DNA from: Flavobacteriaceae bacterium
GTDB lineage: Bacteria > Bacteroidota > Bacteroidia > Flavobacteriales > Flavobacteriaceae
Length of the DNA stretch: 32,000 nt
NCBI GenBank assembly: GCA_965224465.1
Contig: OZ245049.1
Span: forward strand, 1,020,001 to 1,052,000
Direction: 5' to 3'
Part shown: positions 16,401 to 25,147 of the stretch, piece after piece
Numbering within the stretch: position 1 is the stretch's first letter
Layout of the letters: each line of letters starts with the position of its first letter
Notes under the pieces: model-generated
The model's database searches: none
Seen by the model: only the letters and a program-made list of their open reading frames with translations
Told to the model about the DNA's origin: nothing
Position numbers and translations under genes: made by a program

Positions 16401-17830
16401 CTGGTGCCGAAGTACAACGTCCATTAGCAACGGTAGTTATTGGAGGAATGCTAACAGCATCTATACTAACATTAATTATTATTCCTATTTTATACAGTAT
16501 TGTAGAAGAACGATCCGAACGCAAATTAGCAACTAAAAACAAAAACGCTATCGGAGGTACTAATTTAGCCACAATACTCAGTGTATCCATGCTTGTTGGA
16601 CTCTTTTTTATGGGAACAACTACCACCTATGCACAAAGTTCTGTAAAAATATACACGCTAGATGCTGCGATTTCCTATGGATTAAAACACAATGGAAACA
16701 TACTATCTGCCAATTTAGAGATTGATAAAAAAATGGCTTTAAAAGGAGCTTCCTTCAATTTAGAGAAAACGGAAATTGGAATAGAATATGGAAAATACAA
16801 CAGTTTTGAAACCGATATGGCCATCAATATATCACAACGATTTAAGATGCCTAAAGTCTATCAAAATCAAAAAAGACTCGCAAAAGGTCAAATAAAGGTG
16901 AGTGAACTAGGTAAAATAAGTACCGAGAACGATTTAATTGCAGCCATTGAAAGAACATGGTATGCCTTGGTGAATTTAAAAGCCCGACACGCTTTGTTAA
17001 GGTATCAAAAAGAAATATTTCTTCAATTTTCTAGAGCTACCGATATAAGGTATCAAACAGAAGCAGGAACGCTGTTGGAAAAAGTGACAGGGGAAGCTAA
17101 ATTATCTTCCGTTGAAGTAGAATTAACACAAAATGATGCGGATATTTTCATCTACAAAAAGCAATTACAACTCCTGCTAAACGACCCTTCTGAAGTGGAT
17201 GTTCCAGCCGATGCTATTGCAAAAAAAGAGTTAAAACTAAATGGAAACCTCGCATCGATTAAAAACAATCCAAACCTTCAATCAATCGTGTATCAAATAG
17301 CCATCAGCGAACAAAAATACAAGCTAGAAAAATCAAACTTGTTGCCTGAGTTTTCTATTGGATATTTGAACCAATCGCAGGTAGGAACTCACACCAAAAA
17401 CGGTGTAGACAAATTTTATGATAACAGCCAACGATTTTCGGGAGTAATGGCAAGCATATCCATTCCTCTTTGGGCAAAATCAAATATAGCACGCATCAAA
17501 GCAGCAAAAATTCAGGAACAAAAAGCACGCAACGATGCGGACTATTATGAAACTGTACTCAAGGCAAACTATGAACAAGCGCTACAAAATTATATAAAAC
17601 ATAAAAAATCATTGGAATATTATGAAACCAAAGCGATTCCTCAAGCTGATTTAATTCTTTCAAATGCTAAAAAAAGTTTCGAATACGAAGCCATTAATTA
17701 CGTAGAATACGTGCAAAGTTTAAGTATTGGAATTCGTATTAAAAGTAATTACTTAAAACAATTATCTGATTATAACCAAGCCGTTATTGCATTGGAACAA
17801 TTAGTTGGAAACCCACATTACACAAAATAA
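13409..17830 (+). CDS. czcA: CzcA/CusA-family heavy-metal RND efflux permease fused to a TolC-like outer-membrane factor domain
   Basis: 1473-aa ORF. The first ~1040 aa are typical of CzcA (VDAVPDITNNQVQV, 12-TM RND layout, GAIDFGIIVDGAVI). An internal signal-like hydrophobic segment LATILSVSMLVGLFFMGTTTTYAQ follows. The last ~420 aa are OMF-like (LDAAISYGLKHN..., LLPEFSIGY). Confidence 0.85.
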   Translation: MINKIISFSIHNKLIIGIMMIAWIGVGIFSMNQVPVDAVPDITNNQVQVITTSPNLGTEDIEQFVTYPVELAMANLPGVTEIRSISRFGLSVVTIVFEDDMGTYLPRQLVSEKLGVVKDQIPEKFGAPFMGPISTGLGEIYQYTLDVAPEFSEKYTDTDLRTYQDWIVKRQMAMLKGVVEVNSFGGRVKQYEVALDPNRLKSMNVTIAEIFTALETNNENTGGAYIVKNHKANFIRGEGLARSIEDINMIVVKTQNQVPILIKDVAEVRIGNAVRFGSFTKNGKGDAVGGMILMLKGENSNDVIARVKERIISIEKSLPEGITIKPFIDRADLIARTTSTVRNNLLEGGLIVIFVLVLFLGNFRGGLIVASTIPLSLLFAYIMMNIFGVWSNLMSLGAIDFGIIVDGAVIIVESIVFYTVMHVQNTKKKVLSQDDLDAISYKSSSKMMNAAFFGQLIILIVFLPILTLQGVEGKMFTPMAMTFSFAVIGAMILCLTYVPMVAALFMSKKPSEKKLWGDKFIIWLSKKYQPLLIAALNKKKLILGISVGLLIAASITFSSMGGEFIPKLDEGDIAMQALLKPGSSLEETEKVSTLIESIILKNFPEVTEVCSRIGVAELPTDPMPMDIADMFVMLKPMDQWVSASSKPALIEKIKEKLAVIPGVNYEFSQPLELRFNELMTGVRQDVAIKLFGEDLDILATYAEKMAQIIGKVEGVADMKVEATKGLPQMTVKYERQKLAQYGLNVQYLNTIIRTAFSGETAGLIFEGEKRFDLVVRLKKEHKQSMNDLKNMYVDLPNGNQIPIKEVAQISYESGPMQISREGTNRRTYVGINVRGRDVESVVNEIQTALDAKLDLPPGYYIKYGGTFENLERAKSRLVIVVPIALILIFVLLFFALKSFSQSIMIYAAIPLSAIGGVFALWMRDMPFSISAGIGFIVLFGVAVLNGLVLITSMNDLKQEGLGLRERIIKGTKERIRPIFLTASTDILGFLPMAISSSAGAEVQRPLATVVIGGMLTASILTLIIIPILYSIVEERSERKLATKNKNAIGGTNLATILSVSMLVGLFFMGTTTTYAQSSVKIYTLDAAISYGLKHNGNILSANLEIDKKMALKGASFNLEKTEIGIEYGKYNSFETDMAINISQRFKMPKVYQNQKRLAKGQIKVSELGKISTENDLIAAIERTWYALVNLKARHALLRYQKEIFLQFSRATDIRYQTEAGTLLEKVTGEAKLSSVEVELTQNDADIFIYKKQLQLLLNDPSEVDVPADAIAKKELKLNGNLASIKNNPNLQSIVYQIAISEQKYKLEKSNLLPEFSIGYLNQSQVGTHTKNGVDKFYDNSQRFSGVMASISIPLWAKSNIARIKAAKIQEQKARNDADYYETVLKANYEQALQNYIKHKKSLEYYETKAIPQADLILSNAKKSFEYEAINYVEYVQSLSIGIRIKSNYLKQLSDYNQAVIALEQLVGNPHYTK

Positions 17831-17843
17831 AACATCAGAAATA

Positions 17844-19106
17844 ATGAATACAACATATTTAAAACAGCTATTTACAGCTATTTTCACAAGCTTTTTATTG
17901 ATTTCTTGTAACAACAGTACTAGCCAAAAAGCTTCCAAAGAAGAAACGCATGAAGACCATGATGAGGGGGAAGAAAAACCAAACCATGTAACCATTAATA
18001 CGCAACAAATAAAAGCCATTGATTTGAAATTAGGCAGCGTAGAAAAGCGAAACATGAGTATAGGTATCCCTGTGACAGGTACTTTAGAATTAGCTCCTCA
18101 GGACAGGGCAGACATCAGCCCATTAATGGGAGGAATTGTCAAATCTATTCGTGTGATAGAAGGAGACCATGTAAAAAAAGGGCAAGTTTTAGCAACCTTA
18201 CAACATCCCGATTTGATACAATTACAACAGGATTATATTACAGGTTTAAGCTCTTTGGCTTTGCTCAAAAAGAATTACGAACGTCAAAAAACTTTGTACG
18301 AAGAAAAAATAGGTTCAGGAAAAGCTTTTCAAGAAACCACCAACGAATACAAGAATAAAAAAACAGTCATACAGGCCTTAAAAATGAAACTAAACATGCT
18401 AGGGATCAGCGCCAATAGCGTTGCTAATGGAACCATTTATTCTGTACTTAGAATAACGGCACCATTTGCTGGAAGTATCAGTTTGGTAGAAACTAATATT
18501 GGTGCTTATGTGGCTCCTTTGAGCAAACTATTTGAAGTGGTAAACAACGATGAATTACACGCCGATTTTAGAGTCTATGAAAAAGACATTAACAAGGTAA
18601 AAGTAGGACAACAATTATTCTTTACCACAACCAGTGTTGACGGAGCAGAATTTGAAGGGAAAATTCATGCTATCAGCCCTGTTTTTGAAGAAAACCCTAG
18701 AGCTTTACACATACATGCAGACATACAAAACAGCAAGAAAAACTTAATACCTGGCATGTACATTCAAGGACGTATCATCGCAGAAAATATACTCACAAAC
18801 ACGGTTCCTAATGCAGCAATTGTTAGCGAAAACGAAAAATCTTATATTTTTGTAATAAAACAAGCAGAAGAGCATACGGAAAAACCATCAAGTACAGATG
18901 ATCATGACCATGACCATGATCATGATAGCCATTCTAAAAACGAAATAACCTTTGAAATGGTAGAAGTTATAGCAGGTCAAATAAATAAAAATTACACCGA
19001 AATAAGTTTTGTGACTCCATTTGAAAAAGAGGCTAAAATCGCAATTTCAGGTGCTTACTATTTATTGGCTGAAATGGGAAAAGGAGAAACAGAACACAGT
19101 CATTAA
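17844..19106 (+). CDS. czcB: Efflux RND periplasmic adaptor (CzcB/HlyD family) with His/Asp-rich segments
   Basis: Lipoprotein-like N-terminus (LLISC) and the biotinyl-lipoyl/beta-barrel adaptor pattern (GGIVKSIRVIEGDHVKKGQVLATL). His-rich HEDHDEGEE and DDHDHDHDHDSHS segments. I start it at the ATG at 17844 rather than the TTG at 17805, which overlaps czcA. Confidence 0.85.
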   Translation: MNTTYLKQLFTAIFTSFLLISCNNSTSQKASKEETHEDHDEGEEKPNHVTINTQQIKAIDLKLGSVEKRNMSIGIPVTGTLELAPQDRADISPLMGGIVKSIRVIEGDHVKKGQVLATLQHPDLIQLQQDYITGLSSLALLKKNYERQKTLYEEKIGSGKAFQETTNEYKNKKTVIQALKMKLNMLGISANSVANGTIYSVLRITAPFAGSISLVETNIGAYVAPLSKLFEVVNNDELHADFRVYEKDINKVKVGQQLFFTTTSVDGAEFEGKIHAISPVFEENPRALHIHADIQNSKKNLIPGMYIQGRIIAENILTNTVPNAAIVSENEKSYIFVIKQAEEHTEKPSSTDDHDHDHDHDSHSKNEITFEMVEVIAGQINKNYTEISFVTPFEKEAKIAISGAYYLLAEMGKGETEHSH

Positions 19107-19164
19107 AAAACACAAATACACTGTGCTATAAACGCTTATTTTTAAAATGATCAATGCACAAAAA

Positions 19165-19198
19165 CACCTCCAAATTTCATGAAATTGGAGGTGTTTTT
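19165..19198 (+). terminator. Rho-independent terminator
   Basis: cacctccaa-tttcatgaaa-ttggaggtg hairpin followed by ttttt, downstream of czcB. Confidence 0.75.
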
Positions 19199-19262
19199 AT
19201 GTAAACACAAAAATACGATCTACTTAGATTAAAAAATCATAGTTCCACCTTAGAATAATCCT

Positions 19263-19270
19263 TACTTTTG
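19263..19270 (+). promoter_or_regulatory. Candidate -7 box (TAnnTTTG)
   Basis: TACTTTTG lies 34 nt upstream of the ATG at 19304. Confidence 0.4.
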
Positions 19271-19303
19271 CCATTCATAATTACCTATTAAACATTCATC
19301 AAT

Positions 19304-20032
19304 ATGAAATTTTTAAGTCTAATTTTAAGTGTTGCTTTGCTAGTATCCTGTAACACACAAAAAAAACAAGAATACAAAGCTGTAGACAGTCCCAAAGCTG
19401 CGCATAAGAACATGCATAAAGTAATGGTAAAAGAAGTTTTACAAACCAGCAGTTATAGCTATTTTCTTGTAACCGAAACTAATCAAGATTTTTGGATTGC
19501 TACAAGTAAAGTTGACATAAAAGTAGGTGCTGAAATTTATTATGGTAAGGCTACTAAAATGGAAAATTTTAACTCCAAAGAATTAAACCGAGTTTTTGAT
19601 ACCTTATATCTGGTAGATGCCATTAGTGACAAACCAATTTCAAATAGCCCAGCTAAACAAATTACAGCTCCCTATAAAACAAAAAATACAGCCACTAAAG
19701 GAGCTGAGAAATTAAAGGAAGACATCAAGATTAGTCCTATTGATGGAGGAACTACAATTGCAGATTTATTTAAAAACAAAGTTGCATTGTCTGGAAAAAA
19801 GGTTTTGATTAAAGGAAAAGTAATCAAAGTAAATAAAAACATTCTAGACCGTAACTGGATACATATTCAAGATGGCACTCAGTTTGAAACAACTCATAGT
19901 CTTACTATCACGTCTAAAGAGACGGTACAAGTAGGTGACATTGTAACTTTTGAAGGTGTAGTTGCATTAGATAAAGAGTTTGGAGCTGGCTATTCTTACG
20001 ATCTTCTCCTAGAAAAAGCAGTGATAAAATAA
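19304..20032 (+). CDS. Hypothetical lipoprotein
   Basis: Lipobox-like MKFLSLILSVALLVSC. 242 aa. Function not recognised. Confidence 0.65.
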   Translation: MKFLSLILSVALLVSCNTQKKQEYKAVDSPKAAHKNMHKVMVKEVLQTSSYSYFLVTETNQDFWIATSKVDIKVGAEIYYGKATKMENFNSKELNRVFDTLYLVDAISDKPISNSPAKQITAPYKTKNTATKGAEKLKEDIKISPIDGGTTIADLFKNKVALSGKKVLIKGKVIKVNKNILDRNWIHIQDGTQFETTHSLTITSKETVQVGDIVTFEGVVALDKEFGAGYSYDLLLEKAVIK

Positions 20033-20057
20033 TCACTTTCCTTTTTACATATTATAG

Positions 20058-20088
20058 AACCTCTGACTTTTTTGTTGGAGGTTTTTTT
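20058..20088 (+). terminator. Rho-independent terminator
   Basis: aacctc...gaggtt hairpin followed by a T run, just after the stop at 20032. Confidence 0.6.
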
Positions 20089-20104
20089 ATGGTAATTTTT
20101 TGAA

Positions 20105-20259
20105 CTAATACAATCCAAAATGACAGATACAAATAGTTTATTTTACTTCTAGCGTTGTTAAAATATAGAACTATAGCAAGGCTATTCTTAGAATTACCGA
20201 CTGGTTAAAACAAAAAAATAATTTCAATTCTAAACCGACACTTGGAAATACATTTGGTA
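20105..20259 (+). mobile_element. MITE-like dispersed repeat, copy M2
   Basis: Head ctaatacaatccaaaatg...ataaatagttt and tail ttctaaaccgacacttggaaatacatttgg are shared with the copies at 24131, 26303, 27368 and 12560-12705, and with the fragment inside the cassette modules. Confidence 0.6.
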
Positions 20260-20500
20260 TTAACCCCTATACTGATGCGATTTACAAAAATAAATGAGCA
20301 TAAAAAGTAGCATTGATAGAAGTGCAACAATAAAGACCGCTATTCAAGGAATGGTCTTGCATTCTAATGCTCTTTAAAAAACAAGCATTTTCGAAGCTAT
20401 CAGGACACTAAACCCTTCACAAAATATCTATTGGTAAACACTTTTCGTTAAAAAAAACATAATTCTAAAATAAATATTCATTCGTTTTAGAAAATGATTG

Positions 20501-20508
20501 TACCTTTG
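20501..20508 (+). promoter_or_regulatory. Candidate -7 box (TAnnTTTG)
   Basis: TACCTTTG lies 18 nt upstream of the ATG at 20526. The inverted repeat ttctaaaa-N14-ttttagaa at 20463-20492 lies just upstream. Confidence 0.4.
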
Positions 20509-20525
20509 TCCAAAATATATCAAAC

Positions 20526-20927
20526 ATGATCAAAAACTTTTTCACTATACTCTTTCGAGTATTTATAGCCGTATTTTTAATTTTTGGAGGCGTACAACAT
20601 TTTATAAACATGGAGTTCTATCTCCCTTTTGTACCATCTATACTCCCCTATAAACCCTTTGTAATTTATGCCAGCGGACTGTTAGAAATTCTGATAGGTG
20701 TTTTCTTATTAATTCCAAAAACAAAACAGCTAGCATCTTGGGCATATTTAGTACTAATGTGTGTGTTTTTACCCATTCATATTTCAGATTTATTTACAGA
20801 AACCCCTGCTATGGGAACTCATTCTGCCGCTATAATAAGATTAGGAGTACAGTTTTTCCTAATTGCACTAGGAATATATTTTGTAAGATTTTCACAAACA
20901 ACTACAGCAGAAAAACATGAGAACTAA
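20526..20927 (+). CDS. DoxX-like small membrane protein
   Basis: 133 aa with four hydrophobic segments and an FGGVQHF-type N-terminal motif as in the DoxX-like family. It overlaps the TetR gene by 11 nt. Confidence 0.5.
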   Translation: MIKNFFTILFRVFIAVFLIFGGVQHFINMEFYLPFVPSILPYKPFVIYASGLLEILIGVFLLIPKTKQLASWAYLVLMCVFLPIHISDLFTETPAMGTHSAAIIRLGVQFFLIALGIYFVRFSQTTTAEKHEN

Positions 20928-21489
20928 AAGTGTAAAAAAGCGAGAAGCATTGTTACAAGCTACACTAAACTTAGTGAATAACAATGGATTCCATGCGGCT
21001 CCTATGTCTAAAATAGCAAAGCTAGCAGGAGTCTCTCCCGCCACTATTTACCTTTATTTTAAAGGCAAGCAAGATTTAATAAATCAACTGTATATCCATT
21101 CCAAAATAGCATTTACACAAGAAGCCTTTAAAAATTACGAAATAGCATTGCCTGTAAAAAAAGGGTTTCAATTGATCTGGTATAATATCGCAAATTTCAA
21201 ACTCAAACAAACCTGTTCGTCTTCCTTTTTAGCTCAATGTGAGACCACTCCTATGATCGATTCAAAAGTAAGAGAAGAGGTCTTGCAATATTTCAAACCA
21301 TTATTATTGCTTTGGAAGCGAGGTCAACAAGAAGGGATTATCAAACCAATATCCTCATATATTTTATATGCAAATGCAATTTACCCACTCACTTTTTTGC
21401 TTTCCGCTCATAAACGCGGCGATATTATATTGGATAAGGAACAGTTAGATGCAGCATTTAAAACAGCCTGGGATAGTATTAAACTTTAA
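20917..21489 (+). CDS. TetR/AcrR-family transcriptional regulator
   Basis: N-terminal helix-turn-helix region LLQATLNLVNNNGFHAAPMSKIAKLAGVSPATIYLYFKGKQDL. Confidence 0.85.
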   Translation: MRTKSVKKREALLQATLNLVNNNGFHAAPMSKIAKLAGVSPATIYLYFKGKQDLINQLYIHSKIAFTQEAFKNYEIALPVKKGFQLIWYNIANFKLKQTCSSSFLAQCETTPMIDSKVREEVLQYFKPLLLLWKRGQQEGIIKPISSYILYANAIYPLTFLLSAHKRGDIILDKEQLDAAFKTAWDSIKL

Positions 21490-21533
21490 TTTTTCTTGCC
21501 ATAACAGAATGAACGTTTATTAATAAATTGATT

Positions 21534-22196
21534 ATGAAAAAAACAGCCCTTATATTAGGAGCCACGGGACTCACAGGTTCCCTCCTTCTAAAAAAATTAA
21601 TTGCGGATGACCGGTATAAAAAAATAATACTCATTTCAAGGACTAAAATAGCTCCATTACATTCAAAAGTAGCGCAACATATAGGTGATTTATTAGATTT
21701 AACTCAATTTTCAGACTACTTTAAAGCCGATGAATTATACTGCTGTATTGGAACTACCAAAGAAAAAACCAAAGACAAAACCGTTTATAAAAACATCGAT
21801 TATGGAATTCCTTTTGCAGCCGCTAAACTATGCAAACAGTTTGGAATCCCTACATTTATAGTTGTGTCTGCTTTAGGTGCAGATAAAAACAGCCGTATTT
21901 TTTATAACAGAACCAAAGGAGAAATGGAAAAAGCTGTACTTAATACGAACTTAGACCACACCTATATCCTAAGACCTTCACTAATTGTTGGTCAACGACA
22001 AGAAGAAAGAATAGGAGAAAAAATATGGAAAAATATCCTGTCTTTATTCCAACCTCTCTTACAAGGAAGACTCAAAAAGTACCGAATGATATACGCAAAC
22101 ACTATTGCCAATGCCATGATAGTTCTTGCTAATACTACGCCTCAAAAAGTACGCATACTAGAATCAAATGCGATAAAAATAATTGCTTCAAAATAA
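21534..22196 (+). CDS. NAD(P)H-binding oxidoreductase (atypical SDR / NmrA-like)
   Basis: Rossmann motif ILGATGLTGSLLLKKL at the N-terminus. I prefer the ATG at 21534 over the TTG at 21528. Confidence 0.7.
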   Translation: MKKTALILGATGLTGSLLLKKLIADDRYKKIILISRTKIAPLHSKVAQHIGDLLDLTQFSDYFKADELYCCIGTTKEKTKDKTVYKNIDYGIPFAAAKLCKQFGIPTFIVVSALGADKNSRIFYNRTKGEMEKAVLNTNLDHTYILRPSLIVGQRQEERIGEKIWKNILSLFQPLLQGRLKKYRMIYANTIANAMIVLANTTPQKVRILESNAIKIIASK

Positions 22197-22215
22197 CAAT
22201 ATAGAAACCTTAATT

Positions 22216-22848
22216 ATGACATTAATAGAAAATTTAAACTGGCGGTATGCTGCCAAAGCAATGAACGGAGAAACCGTTTCAGAAGAAAAAATAAATAATA
22301 TTTTAGAAGCTGCTCGCTTGGCTCCTACCTCAAGTGGATTGCAACCTTTTGAAATTTTTGTTATTAAAAATCAAGAAATAAAAGAACAAATTAAACCTAT
22401 ATCTTGGAATCAATCTATGATAACAGATTGTTCTCATTTATTGGTGTTTGCAGCATGGGACACCTACACAGCAGATCGCATAAACAAGGTTTTTGACCAT
22501 ACCAATGAAGTCAGAGGCATAAAAAATGAAGGATGGGAAAACTACCGTCAAATGTTGCTCGGAATGTACCCTCAACGCGATGCAGAAACCAATTTTAACC
22601 ATGCAGCAAAGCAGGCTTATATTGCTTTTAGTGCCGCAATGATTGCAGCTGCTTATGAAAAAGTTGACTGTACTCCTATTGAAGGATTTGATCCAGAAAA
22701 ACTGGACGAGATCTTAGGCTTAAGAGCCAAAGGACTAAGAAGTACCGTAATGCTCCCCATTGGATATCGAGACAGTGAAAACGACTGGTTGGTGAACCTT
22801 ACTAAGGTACGAAAAAGCATGAATGAATTAACAACTGTAATAGACTAA
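22216..22848 (+). CDS. Nitroreductase-family NAD(P)H-dependent oxidoreductase
   Basis: RYAAKAM...ILEAARLAPTSSGLQPF and the C-terminal PIEGF motif are typical of this family. I prefer the ATG at 22216 over the TTG at 22183. Confidence 0.8.
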   Translation: MTLIENLNWRYAAKAMNGETVSEEKINNILEAARLAPTSSGLQPFEIFVIKNQEIKEQIKPISWNQSMITDCSHLLVFAAWDTYTADRINKVFDHTNEVRGIKNEGWENYRQMLLGMYPQRDAETNFNHAAKQAYIAFSAAMIAAAYEKVDCTPIEGFDPEKLDEILGLRAKGLRSTVMLPIGYRDSENDWLVNLTKVRKSMNELTTVID

Positions 22849-22850
22849 TA

Positions 22851-24011
22851 ATGAATAATTTTAACTTACAAAACCCTACCAAAATTCTATTTGGAAAAGG
22901 ACAAATAGCTGAATTAGCAAACGAAATCCCTGCAGATGCAAAAATCCTTTTGCTATATGGAGGTGGAAGTGTCAAAACTAATGGTATTTACGACCAAGTA
23001 ACCCAAGCACTAAACCACTTTAAGGTCATTGAATTTGGTGGTATTCCCTCCAACCCAGAGTATGCTGTATTAATGGAAGCTTTAAGCATCATTAAATCAG
23101 AAAAAATAACATTCCTATTAGCTGTAGGAGGTGGATCTGTAATAGATGGAACTAAATTTTTAGCATCTGCTGCCTTATTTGAAGGAGATAATCCTTGGGA
23201 TATTTTAACAAAAAATATACGAACAGAAAAAGGAATGCCTTTTGGAGCTGTCCTCACATTACCTGCTACAGGATCTGAAATGAATTCAGGAGCCGTAATT
23301 ACAAGAGCAGAAACAAAAGAAAAATATGCCATGGGAGGCCCAGGATTGTTCCCTTTGTTTTCGATTCTAGACCCAACAGTGATTACATCCATTCCTCAAA
23401 GACAATTGGCAAACGGACTTGCAGATGCCTTTGTACATGTACTTGAACAATATATCACCTACTCGGTAGAAGCCCATTTACAAGACAGGTTTGCAGAAAG
23501 TGTGTTGCAAACACTAATAGAAGTAGCTCCAAAAATATTAAAAGACCCTAGTGATTATAAAGCAGCTAGTAACTTTATGTGGTCTTGTACTATGGCTTTG
23601 AATGGCCTGCTTTCTCAAGGAGTTCCTTCTGACTGGGGAATCCACATGATTGGGCATGAACTCACTGCATTATTTGGAATAGATCACGCACGTACATTGG
23701 CAATAATAACCGAAAATCATTATTCTCATAACCTGGAAAGTAAGAAAGAAAAACTAGCACAATACGCCACACGCGTTTGGGACGTAACAGAAGGTACCAT
23801 GGAAGAAAGAGCAAAAGCTGGAATCCAAAAAACCACAGCCTTTTTTCATTCTTTAGGTATCGATACTAAATTATCTGATTATACTGCTGATTACGAAGGA
23901 ACTGCAGAAGAAATTTCAAAACGTTTTACGGACAGAGGTTGGGTTAAAATGGGAGAAAACGGAACGCTGACACCTACGGATGTAGCTAAAATTATTAAAA
24001 TGTCTTATTAG
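22851..24011 (+). CDS. Iron-containing (group III) alcohol dehydrogenase, YqhD-like
   Basis: AVGGGSVIDGTKF glycine motif, with His-rich metal-site regions (HVLEQY, GIHMIGHELTA). Confidence 0.85.
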   Translation: MNNFNLQNPTKILFGKGQIAELANEIPADAKILLLYGGGSVKTNGIYDQVTQALNHFKVIEFGGIPSNPEYAVLMEALSIIKSEKITFLLAVGGGSVIDGTKFLASAALFEGDNPWDILTKNIRTEKGMPFGAVLTLPATGSEMNSGAVITRAETKEKYAMGGPGLFPLFSILDPTVITSIPQRQLANGLADAFVHVLEQYITYSVEAHLQDRFAESVLQTLIEVAPKILKDPSDYKAASNFMWSCTMALNGLLSQGVPSDWGIHMIGHELTALFGIDHARTLAIITENHYSHNLESKKEKLAQYATRVWDVTEGTMEERAKAGIQKTTAFFHSLGIDTKLSDYTADYEGTAEEISKRFTDRGWVKMGENGTLTPTDVAKIIKMSY

Positions 24012-24130
24012 TATTTGTTAGATTGATATTTTTAAGATAGTATCCACTTGATTTTTTGATTTTACATAATAATATTGAATTATTTTTTACAAGGTCAACG
24101 TTAAAAATGGGTCGTATCATATTTTTAATG

Positions 24131-24287
24131 CCAATTACAATCCAAAAGGACCGATATAAATAGTTTATTTTACGTTCTAAAGTTCTTGAAAAACAAAATA
24201 ATAGATAAAAATATCCTTCCGTTTTTCGCCTAGCTAAAACAAAAAATAACTCTATTTCTAAACCATCACTAGGAAATGTATTTGGTA
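24131..24287 (+). mobile_element. MITE-like dispersed repeat, copy M3
   Basis: Head ccaattacaatccaaaagg and tail tttctaaaccatcactaggaaatgtatttgg. Same family as M2. Confidence 0.6.
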
Positions 24288-24365
24288 TTACGGCACTCTA
24301 TTTTTACGAATAGATTGTTAAAAAAAATAGAATGCGGTCATCATAAGATTAAATTGGTACTAGCA

Positions 24366-24406
24366 CGCACTGATGTTTATAAAAGAAACTCAGTGCGTTT
24401 TTTTTT
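24366..24406 (+). terminator. Rho-independent terminator
   Basis: cgcactga...tcagtgcg hairpin followed by nine T residues, between convergent genes. Confidence 0.7.
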
Positions 24407-24445
24407 ACAACAATGTATTGAATACGGCCTCTTAGAACAGCAATT

Positions 24446-25147
24446 TTAATACAATGAATCCACAAAAAAGAGTCCCCCTCCATCATACAAATTCTCCCTA
24501 CCTAAACACACATATTTCATCGTATTCTTTGAGATAAAATCCGCTAATAAAACACCATCAATATGACTTAATATATCTCCCATAAAAAACAAAGTGTCTC
24601 CTAATTTCCCTACTGTACCACCTAAAAAACCATAGGCATGGTCTACAATACTTATCTGACTAGGCTCAAAATAACAAACATCAAATTCAGTTTTCTTCAA
24701 ACATTTTACAATCCCTTGATCTGAGCTTATAAAACAATGATTATTGATATTAAACAAACTACAACGGACATAAGATTGTGGTAAAAACACAGGTTTTTTG
24801 TCTTTACAATGTGCCAAAATATGCGAATCGGTATATCCTTTTCTTAAAAAATAATGTTCTTTTAAAGCCAAGCAATTATAACGACTACTCGTTAACAAGC
24901 CTGTTCCTACAAAAGAATTACCAAATTCAAAGCAAATCTTATGATCCTGTAAAAAAGCGATCAGATCAACGGGCGTATTCGGAGCAACAATCAAGGTTTC
25001 TTTATCCTGAAACATAAAAACATCCGGATGTCCACTGATGGAATTATAAGTAAGTCCTTCGGATGAAAACTCAAAAACCTCTTTTACGTACCGTTTCAAA
25101 TTGTCCTTTATTTCCTGCGAAGCTCTTTTATCAATAATAGCAAACAT
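24446..25147 (-). CDS. Hypothetical protein, translationally coupled to the upstream radical-SAM gene
   Basis: 233-aa ORF whose start overlaps the radical-SAM stop region (25131-25147). No motif I can name with confidence. Confidence 0.6.
   Translation of the reverse strand: MFAIIDKRASQEIKDNLKRYVKEVFEFSSEGLTYNSISGHPDVFMFQDKETLIVAPNTPVDLIAFLQDHKICFEFGNSFVGTGLLTSSRYNCLALKEHYFLRKGYTDSHILAHCKDKKPVFLPQSYVRCSLFNINNHCFISSDQGIVKCLKKTEFDVCYFEPSQISIVDHAYGFLGGTVGKLGDTLFFMGDILSHIDGVLLADFISKNTMKYVCLGRENLYDGGGLFFVDSLY

Noticed and set aside
13918-16626. Minus-strand ORFs 13918..14151, 14176..14526, 14896..15345 and 16123..16626
   Set aside because: They lie entirely antisense within the well-supported czcA-like ORF, with no motifs. 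They are typical shadow ORFs.
17805-17843. TTG start at 17805 for the adaptor gene, overlapping czcA by 26 nt (similar TTG starts at 21528 and 22183)
   Set aside because: Downstream ATG codons (17844, 21534, 22216) give sensible N-termini (lipoprotein signal, Rossmann motif, nitroreductase N-terminus) and avoid long overlaps.
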